A stretch of 63,836 nucleotides of DNA, the filler included, from Limisphaerales bacterium (GTDB lineage Bacteria; Verrucomicrobiota; Verrucomicrobiia; Limisphaerales; SIBE01): assembly GCA_044225505.1 (NCBI GenBank). It is 3 parts of 3 records of this genome, joined end to end, with 100 filler letters (N's around TTAATTAATTAA, not from the genome) between each part and the next. Parts side by side here need not be neighbours in the genome. Positions count along the whole stretch, not along the records: positions 23,084 to 46,027 come from JBGAIN010000138.1; 2 more parts are not named here. One strand, 5' to 3'. A program made the position numbers and the translations under genes. The notes below the pieces were generated by a model. That model worked only from the letters and a program-made list of their open reading frames with translations. It was not told the DNA's origin and did not search any database. Position 1 is the first letter of the stretch; each line of letters opens with the position of its first letter. Shown in pieces: positions 31,326 to 43,172 of the stretch.

Positions 31326-33256
31326 AACGTCCCTTCTTCCCACTTAAAGCCAACAGCCGCCAACGGGGGCAGGGTGACGGTCAGGGCATGCGGGCGTCCG
31401 TGAGACTGAAAGGGGACGGATGACACACCACCGAAGTTGCCTTGGCCGCCACCTCCGAACTGGGCAGCGTCGCTGTTGATCAATTCGCGCCAAAAGCCGC
31501 TTTGAGGAACGCCAACGCGGTAATTCCTTCGCACCACCGGAGTAAAGTTGCAGATGGCCAGGATCCAATCTCTTGTGTTGGGACTCCGTCTCAGCCAGCT
31601 GATCGTGCTTTGTTCCGAATCCGCACAGTCGACCCACTCAAATCCGCTCGGCGATGTGTCACCTTGGTGCAGGGCCTTTTCACCTCGATAAACCCGGTTT
31701 AGCTCGGTCACCCAGTTCTGAACGCCGGCATGCGCGCTTTCCGAAACGAGATGCCAGTCGAGGCTGCGATCGTGATCCCACTCTCGCCATTGGGCGAATT
31801 CGTCGCCCATGAACAACATTTTTTTACCTGGCTGAAGGTACATGGTGGCGAACAGCAAGCGGAGATTGGCGAACTTTTGCCAAGCATCTCCCGGCATCTT
31901 GGCCAAGAGCGAACCTTTTCCATGCACAACCTCGTCGTGTGAAAAAGGTAGGACGAAATTCTCGCTGAACGCATAAACGCCGCGGAAGGTCAGTTCATTG
32001 TGATGATGTTTGCGATGGATCGAATCGCGGCTTATGTAACTTAGTATGTCGTGCATGAAGCCCATGTCCCACTTCAGCCCGAATCCAAGGCCCCCCACAT
32101 AGGTAGGACGCGAGACCATGGGCCAGGCGGTCGATTCTTCCGCAATGGTCTGGACGTCGGGATATCGTTTGTAGATAGCGGTGTTGAGCTGCCGCAGGAA
32201 ATCAATCGCTTCCAAATTCTCCCGGCCTCCAAACTTGTTCGGGATCCATTGCCCAGCTTTCCGAGAGTAATCCAGATACAGCATGGATGCAACCGCGTCC
32301 AGACGCAGCCCGTCGATGTGATATTTATCCAGCCAGAAGAAAGCATTGCTTAGCAGGAAGGAACGAACTTCGTGCCGGCCGTAGTTGAAGATAGAGCTAT
32401 TCCAATCCGGATGAATTCCTTGACGCGGGTCGCCATGTTCATAGAGATGAGTTCCGTCGAAATACGCCAAGCCATGTTCGTCCGAAGGGAAATGGGATGG
32501 CACCCAATCAAGGATCACTCCGATGCCGTGTTGGTGGAGGTAATCGATAAGGAACATGAAATCCTGCGGGGACCCAAATCGGCTGGTGGGTGCATAATAG
32601 CCGGTCGTTTGATATCCCCAAGAGCCGTAAAACGGATGCTCCATGACTGGCAAGAGTTCGATGTGAGTGAAGCCGATGCGCTCGGCATACTCGGCCAGTT
32701 TAGGCGCAAGATCTCTGTATCCGAGCCAGCGGTCAGGGTGGTCAGGCGAACGCATCCAAGAGCCCAAATGCACTTCGTAAATCGAAATCGCCGCGTCCAG
32801 CCCGATTCGTGATCCACGTTCATCCATCCAGCGGTCATCCTGCCATTGGTAGGCGAGGTCCGAAATGACCGAGGCGGTCTTTGGCGGGGTTTCATGAGCG
32901 AACCCAAAAGGATCCGCCTTGTCGGCCCGATAAGTTCCGCCAGGACCGACAATGTGAAACTTATAAGCGGACCCGGCTCGGACCCCCGAGGCGAATCCTT
33001 GCCAGATCCCAGAATCAGCAAGTTTGGACAGCGGGTGGACCGAACGGTCCCAGCCGTTGAAATCGCCGATCAGAGACACCGCCACGGCATTAGGAGCCCA
33101 CACGGCGAAATGGACGCCGTCCATTCCTTGCTGCCGAACGCGTTGAGCTCCCAGCTTGTTGTAAAGGCCCGAGTGCGTCCCTTCATTGAACAAATAGAGA
33201 TCGTCGCTGCTGAAAAGATGGGCCTCCTGCGAGGTGCCTGCCTCCAAATTCACCAT
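31322..33256 (-). CDS. glgB: 1,4-alpha-glucan branching enzyme (short form)
   Basis: 'DLYLFNEGTH', 'FAVWAPNA', 'IYEVHLGSW', 'SWGYQTTGY', 'LRLDAVASMLY', 'IAEESTAW', 'SHDEVVHGKGS'. Confidence 0.96.
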   Translation of the reverse strand: MVNLEAGTSQEAHLFSSDDLYLFNEGTHSGLYNKLGAQRVRQQGMDGVHFAVWAPNAVAVSLIGDFNGWDRSVHPLSKLADSGIWQGFASGVRAGSAYKFHIVGPGGTYRADKADPFGFAHETPPKTASVISDLAYQWQDDRWMDERGSRIGLDAAISIYEVHLGSWMRSPDHPDRWLGYRDLAPKLAEYAERIGFTHIELLPVMEHPFYGSWGYQTTGYYAPTSRFGSPQDFMFLIDYLHQHGIGVILDWVPSHFPSDEHGLAYFDGTHLYEHGDPRQGIHPDWNSSIFNYGRHEVRSFLLSNAFFWLDKYHIDGLRLDAVASMLYLDYSRKAGQWIPNKFGGRENLEAIDFLRQLNTAIYKRYPDVQTIAEESTAWPMVSRPTYVGGLGFGLKWDMGFMHDILSYISRDSIHRKHHHNELTFRGVYAFSENFVLPFSHDEVVHGKGSLLAKMPGDAWQKFANLRLLFATMYLQPGKKMLFMGDEFAQWREWDHDRSLDWHLVSESAHAGVQNWVTELNRVYRGEKALHQGDTSPSGFEWVDCADSEQSTISWLRRSPNTRDWILAICNFTPVVRRNYRVGVPQSGFWRELINSDAAQFGGGGQGNFGGVSSVPFQSHGRPHALTVTLPPLAAVGFKWEEGTL

Positions 33257-33388
33257 ATAAAATGCGCCCCCATAATGTGGCGCACTTGTCCACATCGGCA
33301 AGCTGCGCAGGCCCTTTTTCGGACACAGGTTTTCCCTGAACTCTCGGTTGAGGCTTTGGACCTAGTTCAGCGAGGCCAAAAGAGCCCT

Positions 33389-35584
33389 TTACCTCGTCAG
33401 GGTAGTGCGGTTCTTTGTAACGGTTCGGTGGACTTGTCCGTTAGGGTAGGGAGTCGCTCGATCACCAGTCACAGCCTGCGATTGCTGGGAGCGACGTTGT
33501 TGCACTCGCGCCAGCAATTTGGCCAGGCGTCGGTTCTGTCCTAAGTCGTCAATCGCAACGCTGGCCTTTCTTCTCCAGTTTGGTCGCTCACGGTGCGTCC
33601 CAGGGACATTTTGAGGCTTCTCCTCCAGATATAGGTCTTCCACATTGATCAGGACGATCTCAGCCGGACTTGCCCCTAGCCATTCCAAGCAACCGGCCAG
33701 CAAATGGATCAAGCGGGACTTCCTGCTTTTGAGGATTCGCCGCCTGTGGAGAAAGCGTTTTAGGATCTGTAGATTCGCCCTCCGCGCAGCGTACTCGCGT
33801 TTGGCTTGGCCAGGAGTGATGCATCCCAGTTCGAGACGGTCTTGGATATCGCGACCGCGGCAAAATCCAGCGAACGTTGGCATGTCGTGAGTGTTCATGC
33901 TGGCGACGGACGCGACCGGCGGGACGCGAAGCGGTTGTTTCGGGGTAGGCTGTTGTTCGTACTGCACCACGTACATTTGGCGGATGCGGTGCCGTTCCAT
34001 CCCAGCATTCACGGCAGGAGGAACAGTGCCCAGATTCTCCCCTACGAGGACAGTCTGATGGCGAACAGATTCCAAGTTGAGCAAGGCATAAAGTTCGTCC
34101 GACGGGTAACGGACGTAGGCTCCTTGACCGGCTGGTAGACCGTGCGGAATCCAGTAGAGCCGATGCAAGCCCATGACATGATCGATGCGAAGCAGCCCGG
34201 TATGGCGCATCTGGAACCGCAAGTAATCGAGGACGTAACGGTATTTCTGCTTCCGAATGGCGTGCGGGTGTAAAGGGGCGAAGCCCCAATCCTGGCCTTT
34301 GGTAAAGAACGTGTCTGGCGGCGCGCCAGCACTCGCTTTCAAGGTGAAATGGGCTCGTTCACGCCAAACATCGTAGCTATCCGAGTGCACGCCCAAGGGC
34401 AGGTCTAGATACAGTTTAATCCCAGATTGTCGACCGTGTTCGACAAGACCCTGCATTTGCTGCTGGGCGATCCATTGAACATAGCTGTGATAGCGCTGGT
34501 TCTCCTCTTGGTAATCCCCGCGTCGCAAGCGGCCGTTTCTCTGCCGATTAGGCCAGGAATGCCAAGACGCCCGCGCTGCCTCCCCTGCAGCTCGAAAACG
34601 CGCGTAGTCCAACACTTCGGGACGTTGTCGGACGAAGGCCTGCCATTCCCCATACCGAACCGTAGGCCGGGCGAAGAAATCCTCCGCGAGCAGTTCGAGG
34701 AGTTCTCGCCGCGCCTCCATTTGCAGACCGTAATCAATTTCCGAAGCAGCTCGAAAGTTCTTTAACCGCAGCTGAAATCGCACCGACGCGAAACGCCGTT
34801 GCGCCGCCTCGCATCGGGAGAATTCCGGGACGGATTCGATCGCAATAAAGAACTCGTTCCAAAAGAGCCTGCTAGCCGGGGAATAAGGGCTTGGCTCACA
34901 TTGCGGTTGGTCCAGGAATGCGGCCATTAAGGGCAAGCTTCCCACGAGCGATGCTCCTTGCGCTCGCGCCCATCGGGTGAACTCCAACCAATCCTGAAAG
35001 TTGCCTGCTCCCCAACTCCGCCGCGAATGGGCGGCATACAGAGGAAGGAAGAAGCCCCACTGCTTTTGAGCCTCCGGGCTGGAATAACTCTTCGTTGGCG
35101 CCGCGATGAGCAATGTCTCATGGCGTGATTTGTCTATTTCCAGCTCAATCTGGTGGTAACCGAGCGGCACGGATGGCACGACCAACCGCGCGTGGACAAA
35201 GGAAATTCCCTCCACCGTCCCTGGCGCTCGAGCGCTTTCCATCGCGAGATTTAAGACCCGCGTTTCTCCAGTCTCTAAACGCAAGTGACATTGCATCGAT
35301 GAACGCCGGACTGCAGAAGGGAGGCGAAGGGGGATCCGAATGCTACGGCCGTCCCAAGCCACCACGACCGGTTCCATCGGGCTTTGCCAAGAGGCCGCTT
35401 TAGCAAGGCGGAGCTGTTCTCGAGCGTCTCTCGGATCGCGGAGGGACACTCCGAGTGCATGCAACACCCCCACCAGCGATTCGGTGGAAGCCCGCTGTTC
35501 TTGACCCTCCATGTTCAGATAGGACGTCTGCACGCCATAGACTTTGGCGAGGCGTCCGAGTTGGCGGAGTTCTTGGACGTTCAA
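33389..35584 (-). CDS. malQ: 4-alpha-glucanotransferase (amylomaltase, GH77)
   Basis: 'SPYSPASR', 'YLDLPLGV', 'GAPPD...GQDWG', 'LRIDHVMGL', 'VGENLG', 'THDMPT', 'QNVPGT...PNWRRK'. TTG start overlaps the treS stop. Confidence 0.94.
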   Translation of the reverse strand: MNVQELRQLGRLAKVYGVQTSYLNMEGQEQRASTESLVGVLHALGVSLRDPRDAREQLRLAKAASWQSPMEPVVVAWDGRSIRIPLRLPSAVRRSSMQCHLRLETGETRVLNLAMESARAPGTVEGISFVHARLVVPSVPLGYHQIELEIDKSRHETLLIAAPTKSYSSPEAQKQWGFFLPLYAAHSRRSWGAGNFQDWLEFTRWARAQGASLVGSLPLMAAFLDQPQCEPSPYSPASRLFWNEFFIAIESVPEFSRCEAAQRRFASVRFQLRLKNFRAASEIDYGLQMEARRELLELLAEDFFARPTVRYGEWQAFVRQRPEVLDYARFRAAGEAARASWHSWPNRQRNGRLRRGDYQEENQRYHSYVQWIAQQQMQGLVEHGRQSGIKLYLDLPLGVHSDSYDVWRERAHFTLKASAGAPPDTFFTKGQDWGFAPLHPHAIRKQKYRYVLDYLRFQMRHTGLLRIDHVMGLHRLYWIPHGLPAGQGAYVRYPSDELYALLNLESVRHQTVLVGENLGTVPPAVNAGMERHRIRQMYVVQYEQQPTPKQPLRVPPVASVASMNTHDMPTFAGFCRGRDIQDRLELGCITPGQAKREYAARRANLQILKRFLHRRRILKSRKSRLIHLLAGCLEWLGASPAEIVLINVEDLYLEEKPQNVPGTHRERPNWRRKASVAIDDLGQNRRLAKLLARVQQRRSQQSQAVTGDRATPYPNGQVHRTVTKNRTTLTR

Positions 35585-38500
35585 AACGGTTTACTGGGTT
35601 CGAGGAGTTGCAGAACGCCCTGCAAAGGAATTTTCACCCAACCTGGGCGATTGTTGAGCTCATATCCCACCTCGTAAATCGCTTTGTCCAGCAGATAGGT
35701 TCGCAGCAGAATTTCCAGCTCAGATCGTGACTTTGGCAGCAGTGGACTGGAGCCGACGGTTTCCAGATAAGACCGCAAGTAGAGCGCACTGATCCAGCGA
35801 GACCAAAGCTGGGTCCAAGGTTCGACACTCGGAACTTGTTCTGGCTGGAGATTGCCTAACTCCAGTTGTCGAAACAACGCGGCGTAAGTGGCGTAGTCAA
35901 AGGATCGAATCATTCCCGCGACGTCGCGCAAGGGCGACCGCTTGATGCGCCGTTCGCCCAGCGGTCTCGCTGGCTCTCCTTCAAAATCAATGATGATGAA
36001 ATCTTTGCCGGTGTAGAGGACTTGGCCGAGATGGAAATCGCCATGACATCGAATGCGTTGGGCGCTAATGCGAGTTTCGTAAACGGACCGTAAGCGTTTT
36101 AGCATCTCGCTCTCCAACGCAAGCACTCGGTCCGCGACGGGTCGGGTCGGGAGGTCGATGGTACTGAGCCGACGGCGGAGCAGTTGCATATTCTGGACCG
36201 CCAGGTTGCGCATCGATTGGTAGAGGCTCCGTTGGTAGAACGGTGTAAAGGGTTCTGGCGCGAAGTCTTTGTTGTCGAGGTCCGCACCGAGCGCAAGATG
36301 CATCTCGCCTGTCCGGCGCCCCAATAGCCGCGCGGACTCGGTAAATGTTCCCAGCATTGTCGTCAGCGCCGGAGGCAGTTCCTTGACCGCGAGTTCCATG
36401 AGAGAACCGGTGACTTGTGGAACCATCTTCGACTCCGTCGGCAACGTCCGCACGCGTTCAAAGTAACGGCTTAAGGTATCCAGCGTATGCACCCATGCGT
36501 CATGGGACGCCGGGAAATACGTCGTCAGGATCCCCAAAGTCATAGAGTCGCCATCGGCCCGCCGATATTCCAACGCTCCAGCCACGGGAGCGATGTTTGG
36601 AAACTCCTTTTCCGTCAGAAACCGGCCGATCTCTAAGTCCGGATTCACTCCGGACTCCAAGCGGCGAAAGAATTTGAAAAAGAACTTGTCGCCGAAAAGG
36701 ATTGAGCTGTTGCTCTGTTCCGACTTCCCAACCCTCGCTTCGAACTCGGTTCCTCCATTTCCGCGCAGGCTCCGCAAGAGGATCGTGGAACTCGCCTCCA
36801 TTTCTCCGTGCGTGCCGTGGAAGGTGCGACGGCGCGACATAGCTTCAAGAAGTGTTGCCGCCAAGTGTGGGCTCGCAGAAGCGTCATACAAAACCCCTTC
36901 CAGGTTCTGCTCGGTCAACCGCACATGGGCTACCAAGGCCGCTGGCAAATCGCGTTGTATCCGTTCCGCATCCGGACCGTGACTAAACGCCAGGGGCAGT
37001 TGATACTCTTCCGCATCCCCCTGGACATATTCTACCAGCAGCATAACGAAAACAGCCTTGCTGGAATTGCTGCCGATCGGAATCGCTTCCTGAATCCGGA
37101 CCGCTTTGATCTGTTTCGCTTTGCCCCCGAACCAACGCCGTTCTTGAAGGTAAGCAGGGAGGCATCCTTCCAGGATGGCGCGTTTGTCATCCTCCAATGC
37201 TTCGACCCATTCTGATTGAACCTCGATCGTCTCGCAGACGCGCGTTTGCCCGGGACTGGACATGGCCGCTGCGCTGGGCCGGAGCGCAAACCAAAACACC
37301 GCGTGAGGGCTCAAGGTGAGGGAGTAAACCTTATCCGCAATGGGCGGAAACTTGGTTTGTCCGAACAACTCGACGGGGACGAATCCTTGGAACGGGGCCA
37401 GGTCCAGAGCCACCGGTTGGGGGAATCGCGAGAGATTCGCGACGACCAAAACTCTCTCGTCGTGTGAACGACGAATAAACGCCAGGACCTTGCGGTTGTC
37501 CGGTTGGAGAAATTCGAGAGTGCCCTGTCCGAGCGCTTTCCAACGCTTGCGTAGCGCCAGCACGCGTTTTGTCCACCAGAGCAACGAATGAGGATTACGC
37601 TGCTGAGCTTCGACATTGACGGACTCGTAATGGTATTCCGGGTCGAGAATAATTGGGAAATAGAGCGCATGCGGACTGGCCCGCGAGAAGCCTGCATTCT
37701 TATCGGAACTCCATTGCATCGGGGTTCGAACTCCGTTGCGATCGCCTAGGAAAGTGTTATCTCCCATCCCGATCTCGTCGCCGTAGTAAATGACTGGGGT
37801 GCCAGGCAAGGACAACAAGAGCAAGTTGAGGAGTTCGATGCGGCGTCGATCGCTGCCGAGCAACGGAGCCAGACGCCGGCGTATGCCGAGATTGATCCGA
37901 GCCCGACGGTCGTGGGCGTAGACCCGATACATATAGTCTCGCTCTTCGTCGGTGACCATCTCCAAGGTCAATTCGTCGTGATTCCGTAAAAAAAGAGCCC
38001 ATTGGCTCGTTTCCGGAATCGCCGGTGTTTGCTCGAGAATGTCCACAATGGGAACGCGATCTTCCATGCGCAGCGCCATAAAGAGCCTCGGCATGAGCGG
38101 GAAATGAAAAGCCATGTGGCATTCATCCCCCTGGCCAGATCCGAAGTAGGTCACGGCGTCCTCCGGCCATTGGTTCGCTTCCGCCAGGAGCATCCGGTCC
38201 CCGTACTTTTCATCGACATGCTGGCGCAGCGTTTTCAGATAGGCATGGGTCTCCGGCAAGTTCTCGCACGAGGTTCCCTCTCGTTCATAGAGGTAGGGGA
38301 CGGCGTCCAGGCGAAGGCCATCCACTCCGAGATCGAGCCAGAAGTCGAGCACACGGGTGATCTCCTTGTGTACTTGAGGATTGTCGTAATTCAAATCGGG
38401 TTGATGTGAGTAGAACCGGTGCCAGAAGTAGGCTTGTGCCACGGGATCCCAAGCCCAGTTGCTTGGCTCGAAGTCTTTGAAGATGATGCGCGCTTCCTGG

Positions 38501-38940
38501 TATCGGTTTGGCGTATCGCTCCAGACATAGAAGTCGCGCCAAGTGCTGCCAGGTTTGGCTCGTCGGGATCGTTGGAACCAAGGGTGCTGATCGGAGGTGT
38601 GGTTGACCACTAATTCGGTGATTACACGTAGACCGCGCACGTGGGCCTCACGCAGAAACGCCTTGAAATCGCTGAGATTCCCATACATCGGATTGATCGA
38701 GTAATAATCCGCAATGTCATACCCGTCGTCCTTCAACGGCGATGGGTAGAAAGGCAGCAGCCAGACGGCCGTGACTCCGAGATCCTGGAGATAATCGAGC
38801 TTTTGGGTGAGCCCGCGGAAATCACCAATCCCATCGGCGTTGCTGTCGTGGAATGCCCGCACATGAAGTTCATAAATGACGGCCGATTTGTACCACAATC
38901 GATCGCTTGGCAATGGCTGGATGGGTTTGTTCTTGGACAT
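35581..38940 (-). CDS. treS: Trehalose synthase fused to maltokinase (TreS-Pep2/Mak)
   Basis: '[12 protein letters not shown]', 'LRLDAVPYL', 'LAEANQW', '[10 protein letters not shown]'. C-terminal kinase domain with 'RRWFGGK', 'EQSNSS', '[12 protein letters not shown]', 'IIDFEGEP'. Confidence 0.96.
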   Translation of the reverse strand: MSKNKPIQPLPSDRLWYKSAVIYELHVRAFHDSNADGIGDFRGLTQKLDYLQDLGVTAVWLLPFYPSPLKDDGYDIADYYSINPMYGNLSDFKAFLREAHVRGLRVITELVVNHTSDQHPWFQRSRRAKPGSTWRDFYVWSDTPNRYQEARIIFKDFEPSNWAWDPVAQAYFWHRFYSHQPDLNYDNPQVHKEITRVLDFWLDLGVDGLRLDAVPYLYEREGTSCENLPETHAYLKTLRQHVDEKYGDRMLLAEANQWPEDAVTYFGSGQGDECHMAFHFPLMPRLFMALRMEDRVPIVDILEQTPAIPETSQWALFLRNHDELTLEMVTDEERDYMYRVYAHDRRARINLGIRRRLAPLLGSDRRRIELLNLLLLSLPGTPVIYYGDEIGMGDNTFLGDRNGVRTPMQWSSDKNAGFSRASPHALYFPIILDPEYHYESVNVEAQQRNPHSLLWWTKRVLALRKRWKALGQGTLEFLQPDNRKVLAFIRRSHDERVLVVANLSRFPQPVALDLAPFQGFVPVELFGQTKFPPIADKVYSLTLSPHAVFWFALRPSAAAMSSPGQTRVCETIEVQSEWVEALEDDKRAILEGCLPAYLQERRWFGGKAKQIKAVRIQEAIPIGSNSSKAVFVMLLVEYVQGDAEEYQLPLAFSHGPDAERIQRDLPAALVAHVRLTEQNLEGVLYDASASPHLAATLLEAMSRRRTFHGTHGEMEASSTILLRSLRGNGGTEFEARVGKSEQSNSSILFGDKFFFKFFRRLESGVNPDLEIGRFLTEKEFPNIAPVAGALEYRRADGDSMTLGILTTYFPASHDAWVHTLDTLSRYFERVRTLPTESKMVPQVTGSLMELAVKELPPALTTMLGTFTESARLLGRRTGEMHLALGADLDNKDFAPEPFTPFYQRSLYQSMRNLAVQNMQLLRRRLSTIDLPTRPVADRVLALESEMLKRLRSVYETRISAQRIRCHGDFHLGQVLYTGKDFIIIDFEGEPARPLGERRIKRSPLRDVAGMIRSFDYATYAALFRQLELGNLQPEQVPSVEPWTQLWSRWISALYLRSYLETVGSSPLLPKSRSELEILLRTYLLDKAIYEVGYELNNRPGWVKIPLQGVLQLLEPSKPF

Positions 38941-38948
38941 GGAATTCC

Positions 38949-40952
38949 TTACATGAAATAGTCAAAATCGAGCTCGGTCCGGACATAGCGCCGGATGTGG
39001 AGGACATGGGCCGGCACAAAACGCGGGTCGAGCTCGATATAGTTGCTCGATCCAGTCCAAAGGTAATAAGCGCCCGTCAGCAATTCGTGGCATTGAAATG
39101 TTTCGTGGGCCTGAATTCCCCATTGCTCGATGGGCAGATTCACCCAACCGCGCTGCGTATGGTGAGGATCTAAATTCACTACGATTAAAACGAGATCGTC
39201 GAGTGACGGCGTGGCTTTGCTATAGGCGATCAGTTGTTCGTTATCCACTCTGTGAAACTGCAGTCCGTCATTGCGCTGCAAGGCTGGGTGGTCTCGGCGA
39301 ATCTGGTTCACTTTCGCCATTAAACCGATCAGGTTGCCGGGCGTATCCAATTTCCAGTGACGTATCTCATACTTCTCCGAGTTCAGATACTCCTCGCTTC
39401 CAGGCTCACGGGGCGTGTTTTCGCAGACGGCAAACGGTAGCGCGTAAAGACCATAGCTGGCGCCAAGTGTCGCGGCTAGAATCAGCCGGGCCATAAACGC
39501 GGGCGGTCCTCCAAATTGGAGGTATTGCGGGAGTATATCCGGGGTGTTCGGCCAGAGGTTTGGTCGGAAGTACTCCCGCCACGGCCCTTGTGTCAGCTCA
39601 GTCAGATACTCGGTAAGTTCGTGTTTCGTGTTTCGCCAAGGGAAATAGTTGTAGGACTGCGTATAACCAATCTTGGCGAGATGAGCCATTATCTTCGGCC
39701 GCGTGAATGCCTCCGAAAGGAAAATCAGCTCGGGATGTGCCTCTTTGAGCTCGGTCAGACACCACTCCCAAAACCGAAAGGATTTGGTGTGGGGATTATC
39801 CACGCGAAAGATCCGCACCCCTTGGACAATCCAAAATTCGAAGATGCTTTTCAACTCGTGCCATAATGTTTCCCAAGCTGTGCTTTCAAAATCCAGCGGG
39901 TAAATATCCTGGTATTTCTTGGGTGGATTTTCGGCGTATTGAATCGTCCCGTCCGGCCGTTTCCGGAACCACTCTGGATGGTCCTTGGCATAAGGGTGAT
40001 CTGGCGAGCACTGGAACGCGATATCCAGGGCGACTTGAATGCCAAGTTCGCGAGCGCGTTGCACGAGTTGTTGGAAGTCTTCGAGGGTGCCCAACTGTTT
40101 GTGAACCGACTTGTGTCCGCCATCCAGTCCGCCGACCGCCCAGGGGCTGCCCGGATCTTCCGAAGTACAGCTCAGGCTGTTGTTCTTTCCTTTCCGAAAC
40201 GATGTCCCAATCGGATGGATCGGAGGAAGGTAGAGCACATCAAATCCCATGGAGGCGATCTGTGGCAACCATTCCGCGCAGTCGCGCAGTGTCCCGTGTC
40301 GGCCGCCTTCGCGTGCCGCAGAACGCGGGAACATTTCGAACCAAGCGCCAAATCGGGCTAAGACTGGATCCACGCGCGCCTGCAATTCGCGCTCGTAACG
40401 GACCACCGCGGTGCGCGCTCCATGGCGCTCCATCAGTTCGACCATTCGCGGGCTTAAGGCGACCCCAACCTTGGCCGAAGTAGGCAATAAGTCGATCGCG
40501 GACAGCGTTTGAACTGCATTCCTCAGATCGTCGGCATCATGGCCGCTCGCGGTGGCCCGGGCGACCTCAAAAAACGCAACCCCCATCATCAGTTCAATGC
40601 CTATGTCCTGGCCAGCTTTGAACTTCTTTTCCAAGTCGCGGCGCCATGTGCCGAAATGATCTACCCAAGCGGTAATCGTGTAATCGTAGAGTCCCAAACG
40701 GTCCACAGAGAAGGTGCCCCTCCATCGGTCGTTTACCCATGGTTTCATCCGCACTTCCGTCCAATCTGACTCGGCCCGGTGTCGGTAACAAACACGTGCG
40801 GCCAACACGTCGTGCCCGTCCGCAAAAACATCCGCTTCGACTTGAATCTCTTCACCGAGAACGCGTTTAATGGGAAATCGGCCGCCGTCCAACTCGGGCG
40901 ACACGCGTTCAATGACGACCCGCATGGGGCCGTCTTGGCTATTTTTCATCAT
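38949..40952 (-). CDS. glgE: Alpha-1,4-glucan:maltose-1-phosphate maltosyltransferase
   Basis: 'ADVFADGHD', 'AWFEMFPRS', 'YLPPIHPIG...RKGKNN', '[15 protein letters not shown]', 'FRVDNPHTK', 'LSEAFTRP', 'SEKYEIR'. Confidence 0.96.
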   Translation of the reverse strand: MMKNSQDGPMRVVIERVSPELDGGRFPIKRVLGEEIQVEADVFADGHDVLAARVCYRHRAESDWTEVRMKPWVNDRWRGTFSVDRLGLYDYTITAWVDHFGTWRRDLEKKFKAGQDIGIELMMGVAFFEVARATASGHDADDLRNAVQTLSAIDLLPTSAKVGVALSPRMVELMERHGARTAVVRYERELQARVDPVLARFGAWFEMFPRSAAREGGRHGTLRDCAEWLPQIASMGFDVLYLPPIHPIGTSFRKGKNNSLSCTSEDPGSPWAVGGLDGGHKSVHKQLGTLEDFQQLVQRARELGIQVALDIAFQCSPDHPYAKDHPEWFRKRPDGTIQYAENPPKKYQDIYPLDFESTAWETLWHELKSIFEFWIVQGVRIFRVDNPHTKSFRFWEWCLTELKEAHPELIFLSEAFTRPKIMAHLAKIGYTQSYNYFPWRNTKHELTEYLTELTQGPWREYFRPNLWPNTPDILPQYLQFGGPPAFMARLILAATLGASYGLYALPFAVCENTPREPGSEEYLNSEKYEIRHWKLDTPGNLIGLMAKVNQIRRDHPALQRNDGLQFHRVDNEQLIAYSKATPSLDDLVLIVVNLDPHHTQRGWVNLPIEQWGIQAHETFQCHELLTGAYYLWTGSSNYIELDPRFVPAHVLHIRRYVRTELDFDYFM

Positions 40953-41099
40953 GGCTTCTCAACCGGGTTTCTCCCCTTTGGTTTATACATCTCACACCGG
41001 CGCTGGAGTGCAAGGGGGTCTGTGAAGGAGGTGCGTCTATGTTCTAACCTCGGTCGTGAGCGGTTGCTCTCTCCAGGAAACTGTGTAAATTCCTGATTT

Positions 41100-42812
41100 T
41101 TGATGAGAAACCCGACCTGTTTGACCCCCAACCCAGGGCTTCGCCCCGCTTTCCTGACTCGCTTGAGCTCGCGGATGTCTGGGTTCGTTAGTTGGGTATG
41201 GATAGTTACTCAAACGATGGCGGCCGGGGCTGCGATCAAGTCGATCGCTCCAACAAATTCCATCCCCCCATCGATCCTGGCTTCTGCGAGTCCTAACGCT
41301 CCCCAGGCGTATTGTTGGCTCCGCCAGGGCGGGGGAGCGGGCGCGGATTCTAGCTACGGCATCGCGGTCGATCCGGTTGGGAACTGTGTGGTCTCCGGTA
41401 TTTTTGAGGGCACAGCTACTTTTGGAGAAACAAATCTTGTCAGTCGTGGGCTTTCCGACGTTTTCATCGCGAAATACGATCGATTTGGGACACTGCTCTG
41501 GGTTCAGCAAGCTGGCGGGGCGCGAGCGGACACAAGTCTCGGTCTGGCTCTCGATTCCCAGGCGAATTCCTACGTCACAGGCTATTTCACTGGCACCGCC
41601 CGATTCGGCGAAATCGACCTCACCACCACTGGGACCTACGACTGGTTTGTCGCCAAGTACGACCCGGAGGGCAAGCTTCTCTGGGCTAAAACGAGCGGGC
41701 GCAGTGATGCGGCTTTTGGCACTGCCATTGCAGTCGATAGCGATGGCAATGCGTATATTACGGGCGGTTTTGCTCTCAACGCTTTCTTTGGCAGCGAGGA
41801 ATTCCTGAACGGACGGAATACAGACGCTTTTTTCGCCAAGTTTGATCGCGCCGGCGTTTTGCAATGGGCCAAACGTGCAGGCGGGGACGGTGAAGACCAG
41901 GGGACCGGGATCGGGGTTGACAGCCAGGGTCTGTGTTACGCGACCGGTTTTTTTGAGGAGAGAGCTGATTTCGGAACGGAAACTTTGGCCAGCTTTGGTA
42001 ATCAAGACGCGTTTCTCTGCCAATTTAATGCGCGCGGCGAGCAACAATGGGTTCAGCAAGCGGGCGGCAACGGTAAGACCCAGAGTGCCGGATTGACGGT
42101 CAATCAGGATGGGCAATGCTGGGTGGCGGGTTACTTCGAAACCACGGCTTACTTTGATACGAACGAGCTCAGCTCAGAAGGGTTCTTCGATTTCTTTCTC
42201 GCCAAGTACCAGCCCGACGGGAAAGTCGCTTGGGCGCGTAACACCGGTCAAAGTCTTTCCATCAATGCGGCCAGTGTCGGAACGGACGGGTTCGGCAATA
42301 GCTACGTGACCGGATCATTTATGGGGGACGCCACTTTCGAGGGAGTGACGCTGACGAATAACACTGTCTCCAAAGCCTTCGTCGCCAAGTACAATCCGGA
42401 GGGTGACTTTGTCTGGGCGAAGAAACTGGGCTCGGGAGCAACGCCTTGCGCCGCCTTTGGCATCGCTCCCAACGTCGGCGGCACTTGCTATATCGTGGGA
42501 GAAACGACTGGGAAACTCGATTTCGACGGAACGACTCTCGATGCCGGCGAGAAGTCCGATGTGTTCCTCGCGAAACTGCTGGGCGACTCAGGAGCTGCGA
42601 CACTCTCCCTTCAGATTGGGATGCCCCGCCCGGGTCAATTCGAAGTTCAGTTTTTGGGAGATTCGTGCGGCACGTTTCGATTGGAAGCCTCGACCGATCT
42701 AGACCACTGGACGGACGTACTGGACGCCAAAGAGCCAAGCGGTCCTGTAACTTGGACAGAGACGACCGAACCTTCCGGGACACCTCGCTTTTATCGTGTC
42801 AGCTCTCCGTAA
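41100..42812 (+). CDS. Secreted SBBP-like beta-propeller repeat protein with C-terminal sorting-like domain (start uncertain)
   Basis: About 7 repeats 'GG...D...GIAVDxxGNxYVTGxFxGTAxFG...DxFxAKYDxxGxLLW'. C-terminus 'FRLEASTDLDHW...PRFYRVSSP'. Confidence 0.85.
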   Translation: MMRNPTCLTPNPGLRPAFLTRLSSRMSGFVSWVWIVTQTMAAGAAIKSIAPTNSIPPSILASASPNAPQAYCWLRQGGGAGADSSYGIAVDPVGNCVVSGIFEGTATFGETNLVSRGLSDVFIAKYDRFGTLLWVQQAGGARADTSLGLALDSQANSYVTGYFTGTARFGEIDLTTTGTYDWFVAKYDPEGKLLWAKTSGRSDAAFGTAIAVDSDGNAYITGGFALNAFFGSEEFLNGRNTDAFFAKFDRAGVLQWAKRAGGDGEDQGTGIGVDSQGLCYATGFFEERADFGTETLASFGNQDAFLCQFNARGEQQWVQQAGGNGKTQSAGLTVNQDGQCWVAGYFETTAYFDTNELSSEGFFDFFLAKYQPDGKVAWARNTGQSLSINAASVGTDGFGNSYVTGSFMGDATFEGVTLTNNTVSKAFVAKYNPEGDFVWAKKLGSGATPCAAFGIAPNVGGTCYIVGETTGKLDFDGTTLDAGEKSDVFLAKLLGDSGAATLSLQIGMPRPGQFEVQFLGDSCGTFRLEASTDLDHWTDVLDAKEPSGPVTWTETTEPSGTPRFYRVSSP

Positions 42813-42855
42813 TCGCGCGTCAGCGGCTCTCGGTCCCGAAGATTCGCATGGACGC

Positions 42856-42999
42856 TGTTCCGCCAAAGTGCCTCATGATGGCTTGAGCCACTCCCAGACA
42901 CAGCCGGCAGCGTAGGCAACTGCGCCCATCATCCAGGAAGCGGCGATTCATGGCCAGGGCCTGTAATCACAAGCCATTCTCAAGTATCGGTTGCCGCTC
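42856..42999. repeat. 144-bp direct repeat, copy 1
   Basis: TGTTCCGCCAAAGTGCCTCA...GTTGCCGCTC. Aligns without gaps to 45522-45665 with 8 substitutions (hand count). Confidence 0.93.
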
Positions 43000-43053
43000 C
43001 CGCACAAAGACGCCCTCGCTCATCAAGCAGGGCTTGAATACAACAAATTCGTT

Positions 43054-43081
43054 GTAAGGAATTCGTCTCACGTTCGACTAA
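43054..43081 (+). promoter_or_regulatory. Putative ECF sigma promoter GTAAGGAA-N13-CGACTAA
   Basis: Lies about 90 nt upstream of the operon containing the ECF sigma/zf-HC2 pair. Resembles the consensus I recall for Neisseria sigmaE/MseR-type ECFs (GTAAGGTT...CGTCTAA); not computationally verified. Confidence 0.55.
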
Positions 43082-43172
43082 TCCCTAGGACTCGTGCAAC
43101 GGAGTGTCAGGAAGACCGTTCGCATCGAGTCAGCATTAAGCCTTAAGACACAATAACACGAGCGCGTGCAGT

